Made by a program: the position numbers and the translations under genes | Notes under the pieces: generated by a model | Told to the model about the DNA's origin: nothing | Seen by the model: only the letters and a program-made list of their open reading frames with translations | Database searches by the model: none | Assembly: GCA_038231435.1 (NCBI GenBank) | Contig: JBBRLJ010000001.1 | Span: 224,001 to 288,000 of the forward strand | Source of the DNA: Planctomycetota bacterium | GTDB taxonomy: Bacteria > Planctomycetota > UBA11346 | Direction of reading: 5' to 3' | Length of the DNA: 64,000 nt | In this document: one piece after another, positions 24,893 to 34,400 of the stretch | Layout: every line of letters begins with the position of its first letter | Numbering within the stretch: position 1 is the stretch's first letter

Positions 24893-26302
24893 ATGCCAGA
24901 CTTCGATCTCATCGTCATCGGCGCCGGTCCCGGCGGCTACGTGTGTGCCATCCGCGCGGCGCAATTGGGGATGAAGGTCGCCATCGTCGAGAAACGCGCC
25001 GTCGGCGGCAAGCCGCGCCTGGGCGGGACCTGCCTGAACGTCGGCTGCATCCCCTCGAAAGCTCTCCTGGATTCGTCGGAGCACTTCACCAACGCCACCA
25101 AGCACTTCGCCGCGCACGGCATCGAGGTGGGGAAGCCGTCGATCGATGTCGCGCGCATGATGAAGCGCAAGGATCAGGTCGTCGGCTCGCTGGTGGACGG
25201 CGTGTCCTTCCTGATGAAGAAGAACGGCATCACGGTGCTGGTCGGCACCGGCAGCACCCAGGGTCGCGGCGCCGTCACCGTGACCGGCGCCGACGGTGTC
25301 GCCACCGGACACGCGGCCAAGCACATCGTCCTGGCCATGGGCTCGGTGCCGATCGAGCTCCCCTTCCTGCGCTACGATGGCAAGGCGGTAGTCAGCAGCG
25401 ACCAGGCCATCGCCTTCGAGCGCGTACCCGGGAAGTTGCTGGTGGTGGGCGGTGGCGTGATCGGCCTCGAGCTCGGTTCGGTATGGTCGCGCCTGGGCGC
25501 CCAGGTCACGGTGATCGAGTTCCTGCCGCAGATCTGCCCGTTCCTCGATGCCGACGTGGCCAAGGAGCTCACCAAGGTGCTGACCAAGCAGGGCCTGGCT
25601 TTCCACCTCGAGACCAAGGTCACCGGCGTGCAGCTCACCGACGGCAAGCCGACGCTGACGGCGACCGACAAGGCAGGCAAGGCGCTGACCTTCGCCGGAG
25701 ACGCGGTGCTGGTCTCAGTCGGCCGGCGCCCGCTTTCCGACGGCCTCGAAGCCGCGGGTTTCGCCCTGGACGAGAAGAAGCGCGTGAAGATCGACCTCGA
25801 TTTCCGCACCAACATCCCCGGCGTGTACGCGATCGGCGACCTGGTGCCGGGCCCGATGCTCGCGCACAAGGCCGAGGAGGAAGGCGTCGCACTCGCCGAG
25901 GTGCTCGCCGGGCAGTCCAACACCCTCGACCACCACCTCATACCGAACGTCGTCTACACCTGGCCCGAGGTCGCGACGGTGGGGATGACCGAGTCCGACG
26001 CGCAGGCCAAGGGCATTGCCGTCCGCATCGGCCGTTATCCATTCGGACCGAACGGTCGCGCCAAGGCCGCCGGCGAGCCCGACGGATTCGTCAAGATCCT
26101 CGCCGACGCGAAGACTGACAAGGTGCTGGGCGCGGCGATCATCGGTCCACGCGCGTCGGATCTGCTCGCCGAGATCACCGCGGTGATGGCCTTCGGCGGA
26201 GCCAGCGAAGACATCGCCCGCACCTGCCACGCACACCCGACCTTCTCGGAAGCGGTGAAGGAGGCCGCGCTCGATTGCCTGGGACGCGTGCTGCACGGTT
26301 GA
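24893..26302 (+). CDS. lpdA: Dihydrolipoamide dehydrogenase E3
   Basis: GAGPGGY, GGTCLNVGCIPSK, GGGVIGLE, YAIGD, MLAHKA, HAHPTFSE. Confidence 0.97.
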   Translation: MPDFDLIVIGAGPGGYVCAIRAAQLGMKVAIVEKRAVGGKPRLGGTCLNVGCIPSKALLDSSEHFTNATKHFAAHGIEVGKPSIDVARMMKRKDQVVGSLVDGVSFLMKKNGITVLVGTGSTQGRGAVTVTGADGVATGHAAKHIVLAMGSVPIELPFLRYDGKAVVSSDQAIAFERVPGKLLVVGGGVIGLELGSVWSRLGAQVTVIEFLPQICPFLDADVAKELTKVLTKQGLAFHLETKVTGVQLTDGKPTLTATDKAGKALTFAGDAVLVSVGRRPLSDGLEAAGFALDEKKRVKIDLDFRTNIPGVYAIGDLVPGPMLAHKAEEEGVALAEVLAGQSNTLDHHLIPNVVYTWPEVATVGMTESDAQAKGIAVRIGRYPFGPNGRAKAAGEPDGFVKILADAKTDKVLGAAIIGPRASDLLAEITAVMAFGGASEDIARTCHAHPTFSEAVKEAALDCLGRVLHG

Positions 26303-26432
26303 GCCGGCCCCCGCGCGGCCAAGCCCGACGTATGACCTCTAGCCATCGTCTGATGTCATCGATGCCATCGTTGCCATGGTCCGGCGGGTCGCGGAGCTTG
26401 TCGCGCGTGGATGCCCGCTACGGTCTGACGCG

Positions 26433-27359
26433 ATGCAGGACCGGGGCTCGGGCGCGGCCAATCGCGCGGACGGACTGCCAGCGGACGTTCCGCGGCGCCC
26501 TCCGTACGCGTACGTGGCCGCCGAATATGGATTGATCGGACCCCCACGCGCCGAGCACGAGATCGTCCGCGCCACCTGGCGCGCACGCATAGTCGAAGTC
26601 GATCCCGAGGGGCAGGTGCGATGGCAGGTGCCGGCGAGCGGCGCCGCCGATGTCTGGCGCCTCCCTGATGGACACGTGCTCTATTCCCACGAGACAGGCG
26701 TGCGTGAAGCGTGCGCCCCAGGGCTGGTCACGTGGGATTTCAGCGCGCCCGACGAGACCTACGGATGCCAGCGGCTACCCGATGGCGCCACCCTCGTCGG
26801 AGTCTGCGGCGACGCGACCCTGCTCGAAGTCGAGCGCGACGGTCGCATCCGCCGCGCCATCGCCGTGCCGACACAGCGCCGTGGCCATCACACCTTCCGC
26901 TATGTGCGTAAGCTGCCCACGGGCACCTTCCTGCTCGCGCTGCCAGATGATGATCGGGTGATAGAATTCGACGAGCGCGGCCGCGAGCTGTGGCGGGCGG
27001 AGCTGCCAGCCGGGTCGCTGCCGTACTCCGCCACGCGGCTCGCGAACGGCAACACCCTGGTGGGCGGCGGCTCCTCGCACGCGGTGTTCGAGTTCGACCG
27101 CGATGGCCGCATCGCGTGGTCGGTGACCGAGCACGAGCTGCCGGGCGTGACGCTGCGCTACGTCGCCGGTGTCCAGCGTCTCGGCGACGGCGTCACCGTC
27201 ATCGTGAACTGGCTCGGCCACGGCCATGTGGGCGAAGGGCTCCATGTGGTCGCCGTCCACCATGACAAGAGCATCGCATGGGTGCTGCACGACCCGGACC
27301 TGCACGACACGCTGTTCGGGATCGCTCTTATCGACGCCCCGGGGCCGATCTCGCGGTGA
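26433..27359 (+). CDS. Beta-propeller repeat hypothetical protein (PQQ-like)
   Basis: Repeated RL.DG.TL.....V.E.DR.GR..W blades; start uncertain. Confidence 0.7.
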   Translation: MQDRGSGAANRADGLPADVPRRPPYAYVAAEYGLIGPPRAEHEIVRATWRARIVEVDPEGQVRWQVPASGAADVWRLPDGHVLYSHETGVREACAPGLVTWDFSAPDETYGCQRLPDGATLVGVCGDATLLEVERDGRIRRAIAVPTQRRGHHTFRYVRKLPTGTFLLALPDDDRVIEFDERGRELWRAELPAGSLPYSATRLANGNTLVGGGSSHAVFEFDRDGRIAWSVTEHELPGVTLRYVAGVQRLGDGVTVIVNWLGHGHVGEGLHVVAVHHDKSIAWVLHDPDLHDTLFGIALIDAPGPISR

Positions 27360-27389
27360 TGCCGTGTCGGCCGCGCGCGCGACCTCGGA

Positions 27390-27986
27390 TCAGGTACCAT
27401 CGCCGACCACCGCCTGCGCGAGCAGCAGCAGGCCGCGGTAGGCGCCTTCCTCGGTGCCGACCAGGCGCGTGATGACGCCGCTCTCGCGCTGATGCTCGGG
27501 GTCGTCGTCCTGGCTCTGCACCGCGCCGGTGGCGAAGATCGCGAAACTGTCCGGGCTCCACTGGTTGGCCTTCGGCCCGATGATCAGCGCCGAACGGCTG
27601 TCGACGTGCAAGACGCCCTTGTGGTCGCGGAAGGCCACAGCGCGGTACGCGACCTCCATGTCCTGGGTCCCGCCTGCGTAGGTGACGACCCAGGCCGGCC
27701 GGCAGGTCCCGGTGCCAGGGCCGATCACCAGCAGCGAGTGGTAATGCTCCCAGGTGAACACGTACGCGGCTTCCAGCGCCGGGGTGGCGGGGGATTCGCG
27801 TCCGGGCGATATCTGGCCATCAGCGGGCTGGGGCGCGGAATATCCCGCCGGCAGCGGCACGGCGACCGGCTGCGGATCGTTGAGCTCGTCCTCGGCTTCG
27901 GCCTGCGCGATAGCGGGGACGAGCCCGACGGTCGCCCCGAGGACCGTCAGCAGGAGCGGTAAGATGGAGGCCGCGAGGGCGCGCAT
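27390..27986 (-). CDS. Exported hypothetical protein downstream of rpoN
   Basis: Signal peptide ending AQA; starts 1 nt after the rpoN stop. Confidence 0.7.
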   Translation of the reverse strand: MRALAASILPLLLTVLGATVGLVPAIAQAEAEDELNDPQPVAVPLPAGYSAPQPADGQISPGRESPATPALEAAYVFTWEHYHSLLVIGPGTGTCRPAWVVTYAGGTQDMEVAYRAVAFRDHKGVLHVDSRSALIIGPKANQWSPDSFAIFATGAVQSQDDDPEHQRESGVITRLVGTEEGAYRGLLLLAQAVVGDGT

Positions 27987-27987
27987 C

Positions 27988-29394
27988 CTAGAACGAACGG
28001 CGCTGCCGGGTCGAGGGGATGCCGTCGGCGATGCGGTACTTGGTCACCGTGCGCCGGCTGATGTCGAGGCCTTCCTTCTCGAGGATGTCCGCGATCTCCT
28101 GGTCGGAGAGCGGGTTCTTGTTGTCCTCGTTCTGGATGAGCTTCTGGATCTTGAGCTTCACCGATTTCGAGCTCTCGGCTTCGCTGCCGTCCTGGTTGGC
28201 GATGCCGCCCGAGAAGAAGCTCGCCAGCGGCAGCACGCCACCGGGCGTCTGGATGTACTTGTCCTTCACCGCGCGGCTGACCGTGGCGACGTGCATGCCG
28301 ATCTTGTCGGCGATGTCCTGGCGCATCAGTGGTCGCAGCTGCTCGGTGCCTTGCTCGAGGAAGGCGGTCTGGTGCTTGATGATCTCGCTGACGATCTTCA
28401 GCAGCGTGCGCCGACGCTGGGCGACCGCGTCGACGATGAACTTGGCGCCGGCGAGCTTGTCCTTGAGGTAGGCCTTCTCCTTGGGATCCACCGCCGGGCT
28501 GTCGTAAAGCTGGTAGTACGCCTGATTGACCTGGACCTTCGGCAGATGGCCGTCGGGAACGCTAACCACCCAGTCGCCTTTCTCGTCGCGCTCGACGGTG
28601 ACATCCGGCACCACGTACTGGTTGCCTCCCTGCGCGAACGGGAGGCCGGGCTTGGGATCGAGCTTGGCGATGACCTCGACGCCTTCCTGCACGCGCTGGA
28701 CGTCCGCGCCCATCGCCGAGGCGATGACCGGCAGGCGGTTCTTGAGCACATCGTCGAGATGGTTGCGGATCAGCTCCATCTCGAATGAGTTGTCGCCCGG
28801 CTCGCGCGCCAGCTGCAGCAGCAGGCAGTCCTTCAGATCGCGGGCGCCGACGCCGGCGGGATCGCAGCTGCGCACCCATTCCCAGGCCTGCTCGGCGAGT
28901 TCCAGCTTCTCCTCGGGAAACAGCTCGTTGAGCGGCTCCATGAGGTAGCCGCGCCGATCCAGCTGCCAGCAGAGGTCGGCGATGAGTTCGCGGATCTCGG
29001 CTGGGATATCCTGGAAGCGCAGCTGCTCCAGGAGGTGGTCGGCGAGCGCCGGCGGCTTATCCGGGGTGGAGGCCAGGGCCTCCATCTTGTCCGGAGCATC
29101 GTCGCTGCGGTTGGCGCGACGCTTGAGCATCCAGTCCTGGTCTGGATCGGGGAACGGGTCCTTGATCTGCTCGCGGCCGCCATCGATGGCCATGGGCGGG
29201 GAACCAGGGGCCTCGGGCTCGGGACCGCCGTCGAGCATCTCCAGGGCGGGATTGCTCTCCACCTCGTTCATGATGCGCTCCTCGAGCGCCATCTGCGGCA
29301 AGAGCAGGATCTCGATCGACTGGATCATCTGCGGAGTGAGCTTGAGCTTCTGCTCCATCCGCAGATTGAAGTTCTGTCTCAGTTGAAGCGACAT
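27988..29394 (-). CDS. rpoN: RNA polymerase sigma-54 factor
   Basis: LTPQMIQSIEILLL, NPALE, DPAGVGARDLKDCLLLQ, MHVATVSRA, RpoN box SRRTVTKYR. Confidence 0.97.
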   Translation of the reverse strand: MSLQLRQNFNLRMEQKLKLTPQMIQSIEILLLPQMALEERIMNEVESNPALEMLDGGPEPEAPGSPPMAIDGGREQIKDPFPDPDQDWMLKRRANRSDDAPDKMEALASTPDKPPALADHLLEQLRFQDIPAEIRELIADLCWQLDRRGYLMEPLNELFPEEKLELAEQAWEWVRSCDPAGVGARDLKDCLLLQLAREPGDNSFEMELIRNHLDDVLKNRLPVIASAMGADVQRVQEGVEVIAKLDPKPGLPFAQGGNQYVVPDVTVERDEKGDWVVSVPDGHLPKVQVNQAYYQLYDSPAVDPKEKAYLKDKLAGAKFIVDAVAQRRRTLLKIVSEIIKHQTAFLEQGTEQLRPLMRQDIADKIGMHVATVSRAVKDKYIQTPGGVLPLASFFSGGIANQDGSEAESSKSVKLKIQKLIQNEDNKNPLSDQEIADILEKEGLDISRRTVTKYRIADGIPSTRQRRSF

Positions 29395-29620
29395 CGCATC
29401 TCCTGTTCTGCCATCGTCTTAAACTTCAGGCAGAGGCCTTGCCCGAGTCTCTAGCAAATCCTACGCCAATCCTCCGTCGAGGGCAAGAGGGATCGGTGAA
29501 GCCATCCGCTCCTGAGGCTCGGAAGGCGTGTGCGGCTCTCACCCACCCTCCCTGGGATTGGCTGCACACTGGTCGGGGTTTGGGAGTATCTAGTATGGGA
29601 GTCGAGAAACGCCCTCAGCC

Positions 29621-31231
29621 ATGCCTGACAACGACGTCACGTCGAATATGACCAGCCAGCTGGTCGCCGCCACCCAGGTCATCCTGGCCAACGGCTGGGC
29701 CACCGAGGCGAAGATCGCCAGTGCCCGGGCCCAGCTCGCCATTTCGCCAGCGCCCCTGCCCACGGCCGGGCGTTCACGCTTGTCGCAGTTCCTCGTCGAC
29801 CAGAAGGTCGTTTCGCGGGAACAGGCCCAAGACCTCGACTCGCTGATGCGCAACCAGGCGCACATGAGCGGCTTCCAGCTGCTCAAGAAGATCGGCTCCG
29901 GAGGCATGGGCGTGGTGTTCCTCGCCAAGCATCTTGCGAGCGGCAAGATCTGCGCCCTGAAGACGCTGAACACCCGCCTCGCCGACGAAGGTGATTTCGT
30001 CAGCCGCTTCCACCGCGAGGCGCAGGCCCTGACCGGCATCACCCATCCCAACATCGCCTGCGTGCTCGAGAGCGGCGAGAGCGAGGGCCACTGCTACCTG
30101 GCGATGGAGTACATCGAAGGCCCGAGCGTGATGACCATGCTGCGCGACTACAAGGCGCTGCCCGAGCTCTACGCGCTGCGGCTCGTCAAGCAGGTGTCCG
30201 AAGGGCTCGCGCACGTGTACACCAGCTCGGGCCTGATCCATCGCGACATCAAGCCCGAGAACATCCTGGTGGTACGCAGTCGCGCCGGCGCGGACCTCTT
30301 CCCCGAGGAGGACGTCGCCAAGCTGATCGATTTCGGCCTGGTCAAGTCCATGGATGAGAAGGACGAACGGCTGACCCAGACCGGCATGACCATCGGCACT
30401 CCGCTCTACATGTCGCCCGAGCAGGTGCGGGGCGAACCGCTCGATTGCCGGTCGGACATCTACGGCCTCGGAGCCACGCTCTACCATCTGCTCACCGGTT
30501 CGACCCCCTTCACCGGGACCAGCCCGGGCGCGATCATGAGCGCCCATCTCACCGAGCCGATCCCCGATCCCTCGCTCAAGGTCCCCAGCCTCAGCGCCGA
30601 CACCAAGCGCATCGTCGCGACCGCGATGGCGAAGGACATCAACAGCCGGTTCCTCACCCACGAGGCGCTGATCAACGCCTGCAATACGGTCATCCAGTCG
30701 CTCTCGGGCAAGGCGGACGGCGCACCGCGCCTGCTGCGCAAGCCGATGGTGCTGAAGAACACCGTGGCGATCAAGAAGACCGAGTTGGCCAACAAGAAGA
30801 GCGAGGAAGCCCAGCCGACCCCCGAGACCTCCGCTTCCCCTTCGGTATCCAACGGCGCGCACCACGATCGGGTCAGCTCGCGGATCATCGCCAAGCACCG
30901 CCGGCTGCAGGGCGAAGCGGCACCGGATGTGGATGCCAAGCACGAGACCTCGGTGACGCGTTCAGTGCCACGCACCGTCCAGACCCGGTCCATCACCGCG
31001 ATGCCCACATCCGCGGGCACGGCAGATCGCGGAACCTCGGGCCAGCCGCTGGTCCGCAACGACTCTCTCCCAACTGCGGTTCCGGCGGCCCCGGTGGCGC
31101 AGGCCCAGGCCGACCAACTACGCTCGGCTGCCATCGACGCGCAGGGGCGCCATGGCATGGGCATCGTGCCGTGGATCGTGCTCGGCGTCGCCCTGTTGGC
31201 GCTGGCGGGGTACATGGTGTTCATCAAGTGA
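29621..31231 (+). CDS. Hanks-type Ser/Thr protein kinase with C-terminal TM anchor
   Basis: IGSGGMGVV, ALK, RFHRE, HRDIKPEN, DFGL, GTPLYMSPEQ, SDIYGLG; terminal hydrophobic helix. Confidence 0.95.
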   Translation: MPDNDVTSNMTSQLVAATQVILANGWATEAKIASARAQLAISPAPLPTAGRSRLSQFLVDQKVVSREQAQDLDSLMRNQAHMSGFQLLKKIGSGGMGVVFLAKHLASGKICALKTLNTRLADEGDFVSRFHREAQALTGITHPNIACVLESGESEGHCYLAMEYIEGPSVMTMLRDYKALPELYALRLVKQVSEGLAHVYTSSGLIHRDIKPENILVVRSRAGADLFPEEDVAKLIDFGLVKSMDEKDERLTQTGMTIGTPLYMSPEQVRGEPLDCRSDIYGLGATLYHLLTGSTPFTGTSPGAIMSAHLTEPIPDPSLKVPSLSADTKRIVATAMAKDINSRFLTHEALINACNTVIQSLSGKADGAPRLLRKPMVLKNTVAIKKTELANKKSEEAQPTPETSASPSVSNGAHHDRVSSRIIAKHRRLQGEAAPDVDAKHETSVTRSVPRTVQTRSITAMPTSAGTADRGTSGQPLVRNDSLPTAVPAAPVAQAQADQLRSAAIDAQGRHGMGIVPWIVLGVALLALAGYMVFIK

Positions 31232-31318
31232 GCAGCGAGAAGCCACGTGAAGCAGATCCGGTAGCTGGATGAATCAGCAAGACCGCCAAACCACCCTCGC
31301 GGTGCTGTTCAGCGCCAG

Positions 31319-32587
31319 CTAGACCAGGGGCGGTCGCTCGGCGGCCAGTCTGTCCGGGGCCAAGCGCTTGATCGGCAGCGCCGAGGCTCCTCTGGCGCCA
31401 CCTGCACTGCCTGTGCCGGCGATGCTGCCGATGCCAGAACGCGAACGCGTCGCGATCAGCTCCGCGTAGCGTTCGAGCTGGGTCGCGGCGGCGTTTTTCC
31501 ACGAGAAGAAGCGGCGCAGCCCAGGCGCGCTGGCACGGGCTTCGTCACTCGCCTCTCCGAGGCGACGCACCATCGCGGCGATCGCCAGCGCGGCCGGCTC
31601 GACTGCCGGCGGGACCAGGGCGACGTGCGTCAGCGAACCGACCTCCGGATAGCTGACCACGCCGATCTCGTCGCTGAGCACGGCGGGCAGGCCAGAGAAC
31701 AGCGCCTCGACGATGCTCAGGCCGAAGCCCTCGTGGCGAGACAGCTGCACGTAGAGATCCGACTGCGCGATGATCTCGGCCACGCGATCGCCGGCACACT
31801 GGCCGTGGAAGACCACTCGCTCGGCGATCCCCAGTTCGCGCGCGCGCAGCTGGAGCGCGGCCTGGCTCCCTCCTTGATCGCCCCCCATCAGATGCAGGGA
31901 CAGCCCGTGGCCTTCGCGGCCGCGCGCGACCTGGGCCACGGCATCGAGCAGCAGGTCGAGTCCCTTGGTGTAGATGTCCAGCCGCCCGATGAACAGCAGC
32001 CGCACGCCGTCGCCAGGCATCCTACGGTGCGACGGCGCCATCTCCGCCTGCACGCCAGGTCCGAGCGGCGAGCAGTAGACCTGCTGATCGGGCAACAGGC
32101 GCCGGATGTGCTCGGCTTCGAGCGGACTGGTGGCGTGGAACGCCGCATGGCGGTAGAGCAAGTGGCGGGCGAGACGGAAATACATGCGCTTCTGCGCCGA
32201 GCGGCGCTTGTCGAAGACGCCTGGCAGGAAGCAGCCGTGGGGAGTGACTACGAGCGGGCACGGGAACCGCGACGCGACACAGAGGTTGTCGGGATTGAAT
32301 TCGCCATGCACGTGCACGATGTCGGGCGCGAATTCACGCATCCTCGAGAACTCGAGCGGCGCGGGCCCGGGCCGGGCCACGCGGCCGAGGAAGGTCGAAC
32401 CGCGCTGGCGCCACATCACGATCGGGATGCTCGGATCGGATGCTCCCGGCAAGGCGAACCCAGGAGCCTGCTTGCAGGCGAGCATGACCTCGGCCCCGGC
32501 GGCGACCTCCGCGTTGGCCAGGCCAAGCACCGCGCTGGCGACCCCTCCTCCACCGAGCAGATGCGGATACCAGTGGATTACGCGCGT
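31319..32587 (-). CDS. Glycosyltransferase family 4 (probable start at ACG 32587)
   Basis: RVIHWY..GGGV, PDIVHVH, FIGRL...KGLDLL, SRHEGFGLSIVEA, FFSW. Confidence 0.88.
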   Translation of the reverse strand, partial: TRVIHWYPHLLGGGGVASAVLGLANAEVAAGAEVMLACKQAPGFALPGASDPSIPIVMWRQRGSTFLGRVARPGPAPLEFSRMREFAPDIVHVHGEFNPDNLCVASRFPCPLVVTPHGCFLPGVFDKRRSAQKRMYFRLARHLLYRHAAFHATSPLEAEHIRRLLPDQQVYCSPLGPGVQAEMAPSHRRMPGDGVRLLFIGRLDIYTKGLDLLLDAVAQVARGREGHGLSLHLMGGDQGGSQAALQLRARELGIAERVVFHGQCAGDRVAEIIAQSDLYVQLSRHEGFGLSIVEALFSGLPAVLSDEIGVVSYPEVGSLTHVALVPPAVEPAALAIAAMVRRLGEASDEARASAPGLRRFFSWKNAAATQLERYAELIATRSRSGIGSIAGTGSAGGARGASALPIKRLAPDRLAAERPPLV

Positions 32588-33441
32588 ACCGCCTCCGACC
32601 GGAAATCCGCGGGCGAGATCAGCCGCGCCGCCCAATGGGGTGATTTCTCCTGCCACCAGCCGATCGCGTCCCAATCTCCGCGCACCTTCGCGGCGAGCGT
32701 GGCCAGCGAGTCTGCGCCATTGATGAAGAAGCGTGGCACAGCGTGGCGCTCCTCGCCCTGTTTCACCGCGCGGAACAGCACGGCCGCCGAACTCTGGTAA
32801 CCCGCCTCCGCGGCCATGGCCATGGTCTCGTCGGTGAAATGGCGCCCGCGCTTGCCATAGGGATAGGCCATGGTGAGGACCTCGGCGCCGATCGCGTCCT
32901 CGATCGCGCGCTTGGAGCGGCCGAGCTCCTCTGCCACGCGGGCGCGAGGGATCCGCGCGAGGTTGGCGTGGCTCCAGGTGTGGGCGCCGATCTCCATGCC
33001 GCGCTCACGCAGCTCGCGCGCCTGCGCCCAGCTCAGCGCCTCGACCTCGGTGGTACGGCGATCGGCGCGGAAATGCGCGAGCACCTCGGGATCGCCGGCG
33101 ACGAACCCGGCGGTCAGGAAGAACGTCGCGCAGACGCCGTGGCTCAAGAGGATGGGCAGTGCGTGCTGGTGGTTGTCGGCGTAGCCGTCATCGAAGGTGA
33201 TCGCCACCGCCGGTCGCGATCCCGCCGGCCGTGGCTCCAGGATCGCGGAGAACGGCACCACATCGCAATGCTGCTTCGCCCAAGCCACCTGAGCCGCGAA
33301 CGCTGCCGGCGACGCCGATGCGTATGGCTTGTCTGGATGCACCGAATGGTAACAGAGGACCACGCGCCGCGCATCGCGGCGCCCTGAGAAGAGCAGCGCC
33401 GACGCGCGCGATAGCACGCTCTTCGCCAGGCTCTTAAGCAT
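32578..33441 (-). CDS. Polysaccharide deacetylase (CE4/NodB)
   Basis: VLCYHSV, ITFDDGY, ATFF, IGAHTWSH, AYPYG. Confidence 0.92.
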   Translation of the reverse strand: MLKSLAKSVLSRASALLFSGRRDARRVVLCYHSVHPDKPYASASPAAFAAQVAWAKQHCDVVPFSAILEPRPAGSRPAVAITFDDGYADNHQHALPILLSHGVCATFFLTAGFVAGDPEVLAHFRADRRTTEVEALSWAQARELRERGMEIGAHTWSHANLARIPRARVAEELGRSKRAIEDAIGAEVLTMAYPYGKRGRHFTDETMAMAAEAGYQSSAAVLFRAVKQGEERHAVPRFFINGADSLATLAAKVRGDWDAIGWWQEKSPHWAARLISPADFRSEAVRA

Positions 33442-34300
33442 GGGCGGCGGCCTCGACGACGGGGGTTGGAGCCGGTGCAGGGGCCGGCGCCGAGGGCTTC
33501 GGCTCCGCGGCAGCTCGCGCCGCTGCTCTGACCGCGGCGCGGTTGCGGCGGGTCGACACCAGACGCAGCACGCCGCGCAGCAGCGGATTGCGCGCCAGGT
33601 GCACTACCTGATGGGTCACCTGCCGCCCGCCGAACATGGCCTTGAATTGCGCGATAGAATGTTCAGGCAGCGATTCATCGAGGACCACGCCGCCGAGATC
33701 ATAGCAGCGCACCCCTTCGGCCTTGTAGTGCAGGAACTCGTGCCAGTGGAGATGGCGGTTCAGCGCTCCGGCGATGCCGCGTTCCGCCGCGTCGGCACGA
33801 TCCGCGGTGGCGCTCATCAGCGCGCGGGCGCACGCTGGCGCATCGCTGATGATGACATGCGCGGCCATCGGCTTGCCCTCGTGGCTGGTCACGAACACGT
33901 CACAGCAGGCGGTGATGCGCTCCCATTCCGCACGCAGCATCGGCGGACGGAAGCTGGTACGGGCGACGAAGGCATTGATCAGGTCGAAGGCCGCCTCGAG
34001 CCGTTCGTTGACCGTGATCTCGGGGGCCAGCTTACGTGCCTTGTTGATCTGGTAGCGGCAGGTCTTCTTCTCGAGCTTGCCCCACAGCTCTTCCTCGGAC
34101 AGGGTCAGATCGATGAGCGAAGTATGGAACGGCCGGCGACGGAAGGTGAAGCGTTCGAGCGCATCCGCCACCTGATCGCTGCATTGCATCGCGGTCACCA
34201 CCTGGGTCCGTGACAACAGGGCCTCGACCTCGTGCGGATCCTCGGGGAACCACGCCTGCAGGGCGTTGAACACCGCGAAACGATTCTCGACGACGATCAT
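33434..34300 (-). CDS. GNAT/FemAB-like acyltransferase
   Basis: TSLIDLTLSEEELW..L....RYQINKA, YDLGG, IAQFKAMFGG. Confidence 0.8.
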   Translation of the reverse strand: MIVVENRFAVFNALQAWFPEDPHEVEALLSRTQVVTAMQCSDQVADALERFTFRRRPFHTSLIDLTLSEEELWGKLEKKTCRYQINKARKLAPEITVNERLEAAFDLINAFVARTSFRPPMLRAEWERITACCDVFVTSHEGKPMAAHVIISDAPACARALMSATADRADAAERGIAGALNRHLHWHEFLHYKAEGVRCYDLGGVVLDESLPEHSIAQFKAMFGGRQVTHQVVHLARNPLLRGVLRLVSTRRNRAAVRAAARAAAEPKPSAPAPAPAPTPVVEAAAHA

Positions 34301-34400
34301 GGCCGGGCTCCTTCTCCGTCACTCCCCATCTTCTGGGAAATGGCCTGCTTGAGTAGAAATATCATCACAGGATCGCACAATCGTGAGACAGCCATCGCGG

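Noticed and set aside
29395..29620. Sigma-54 -24/-12 promoter near rpoN
   Set aside because: No TGGCAC-N5-TTGC match found by eye
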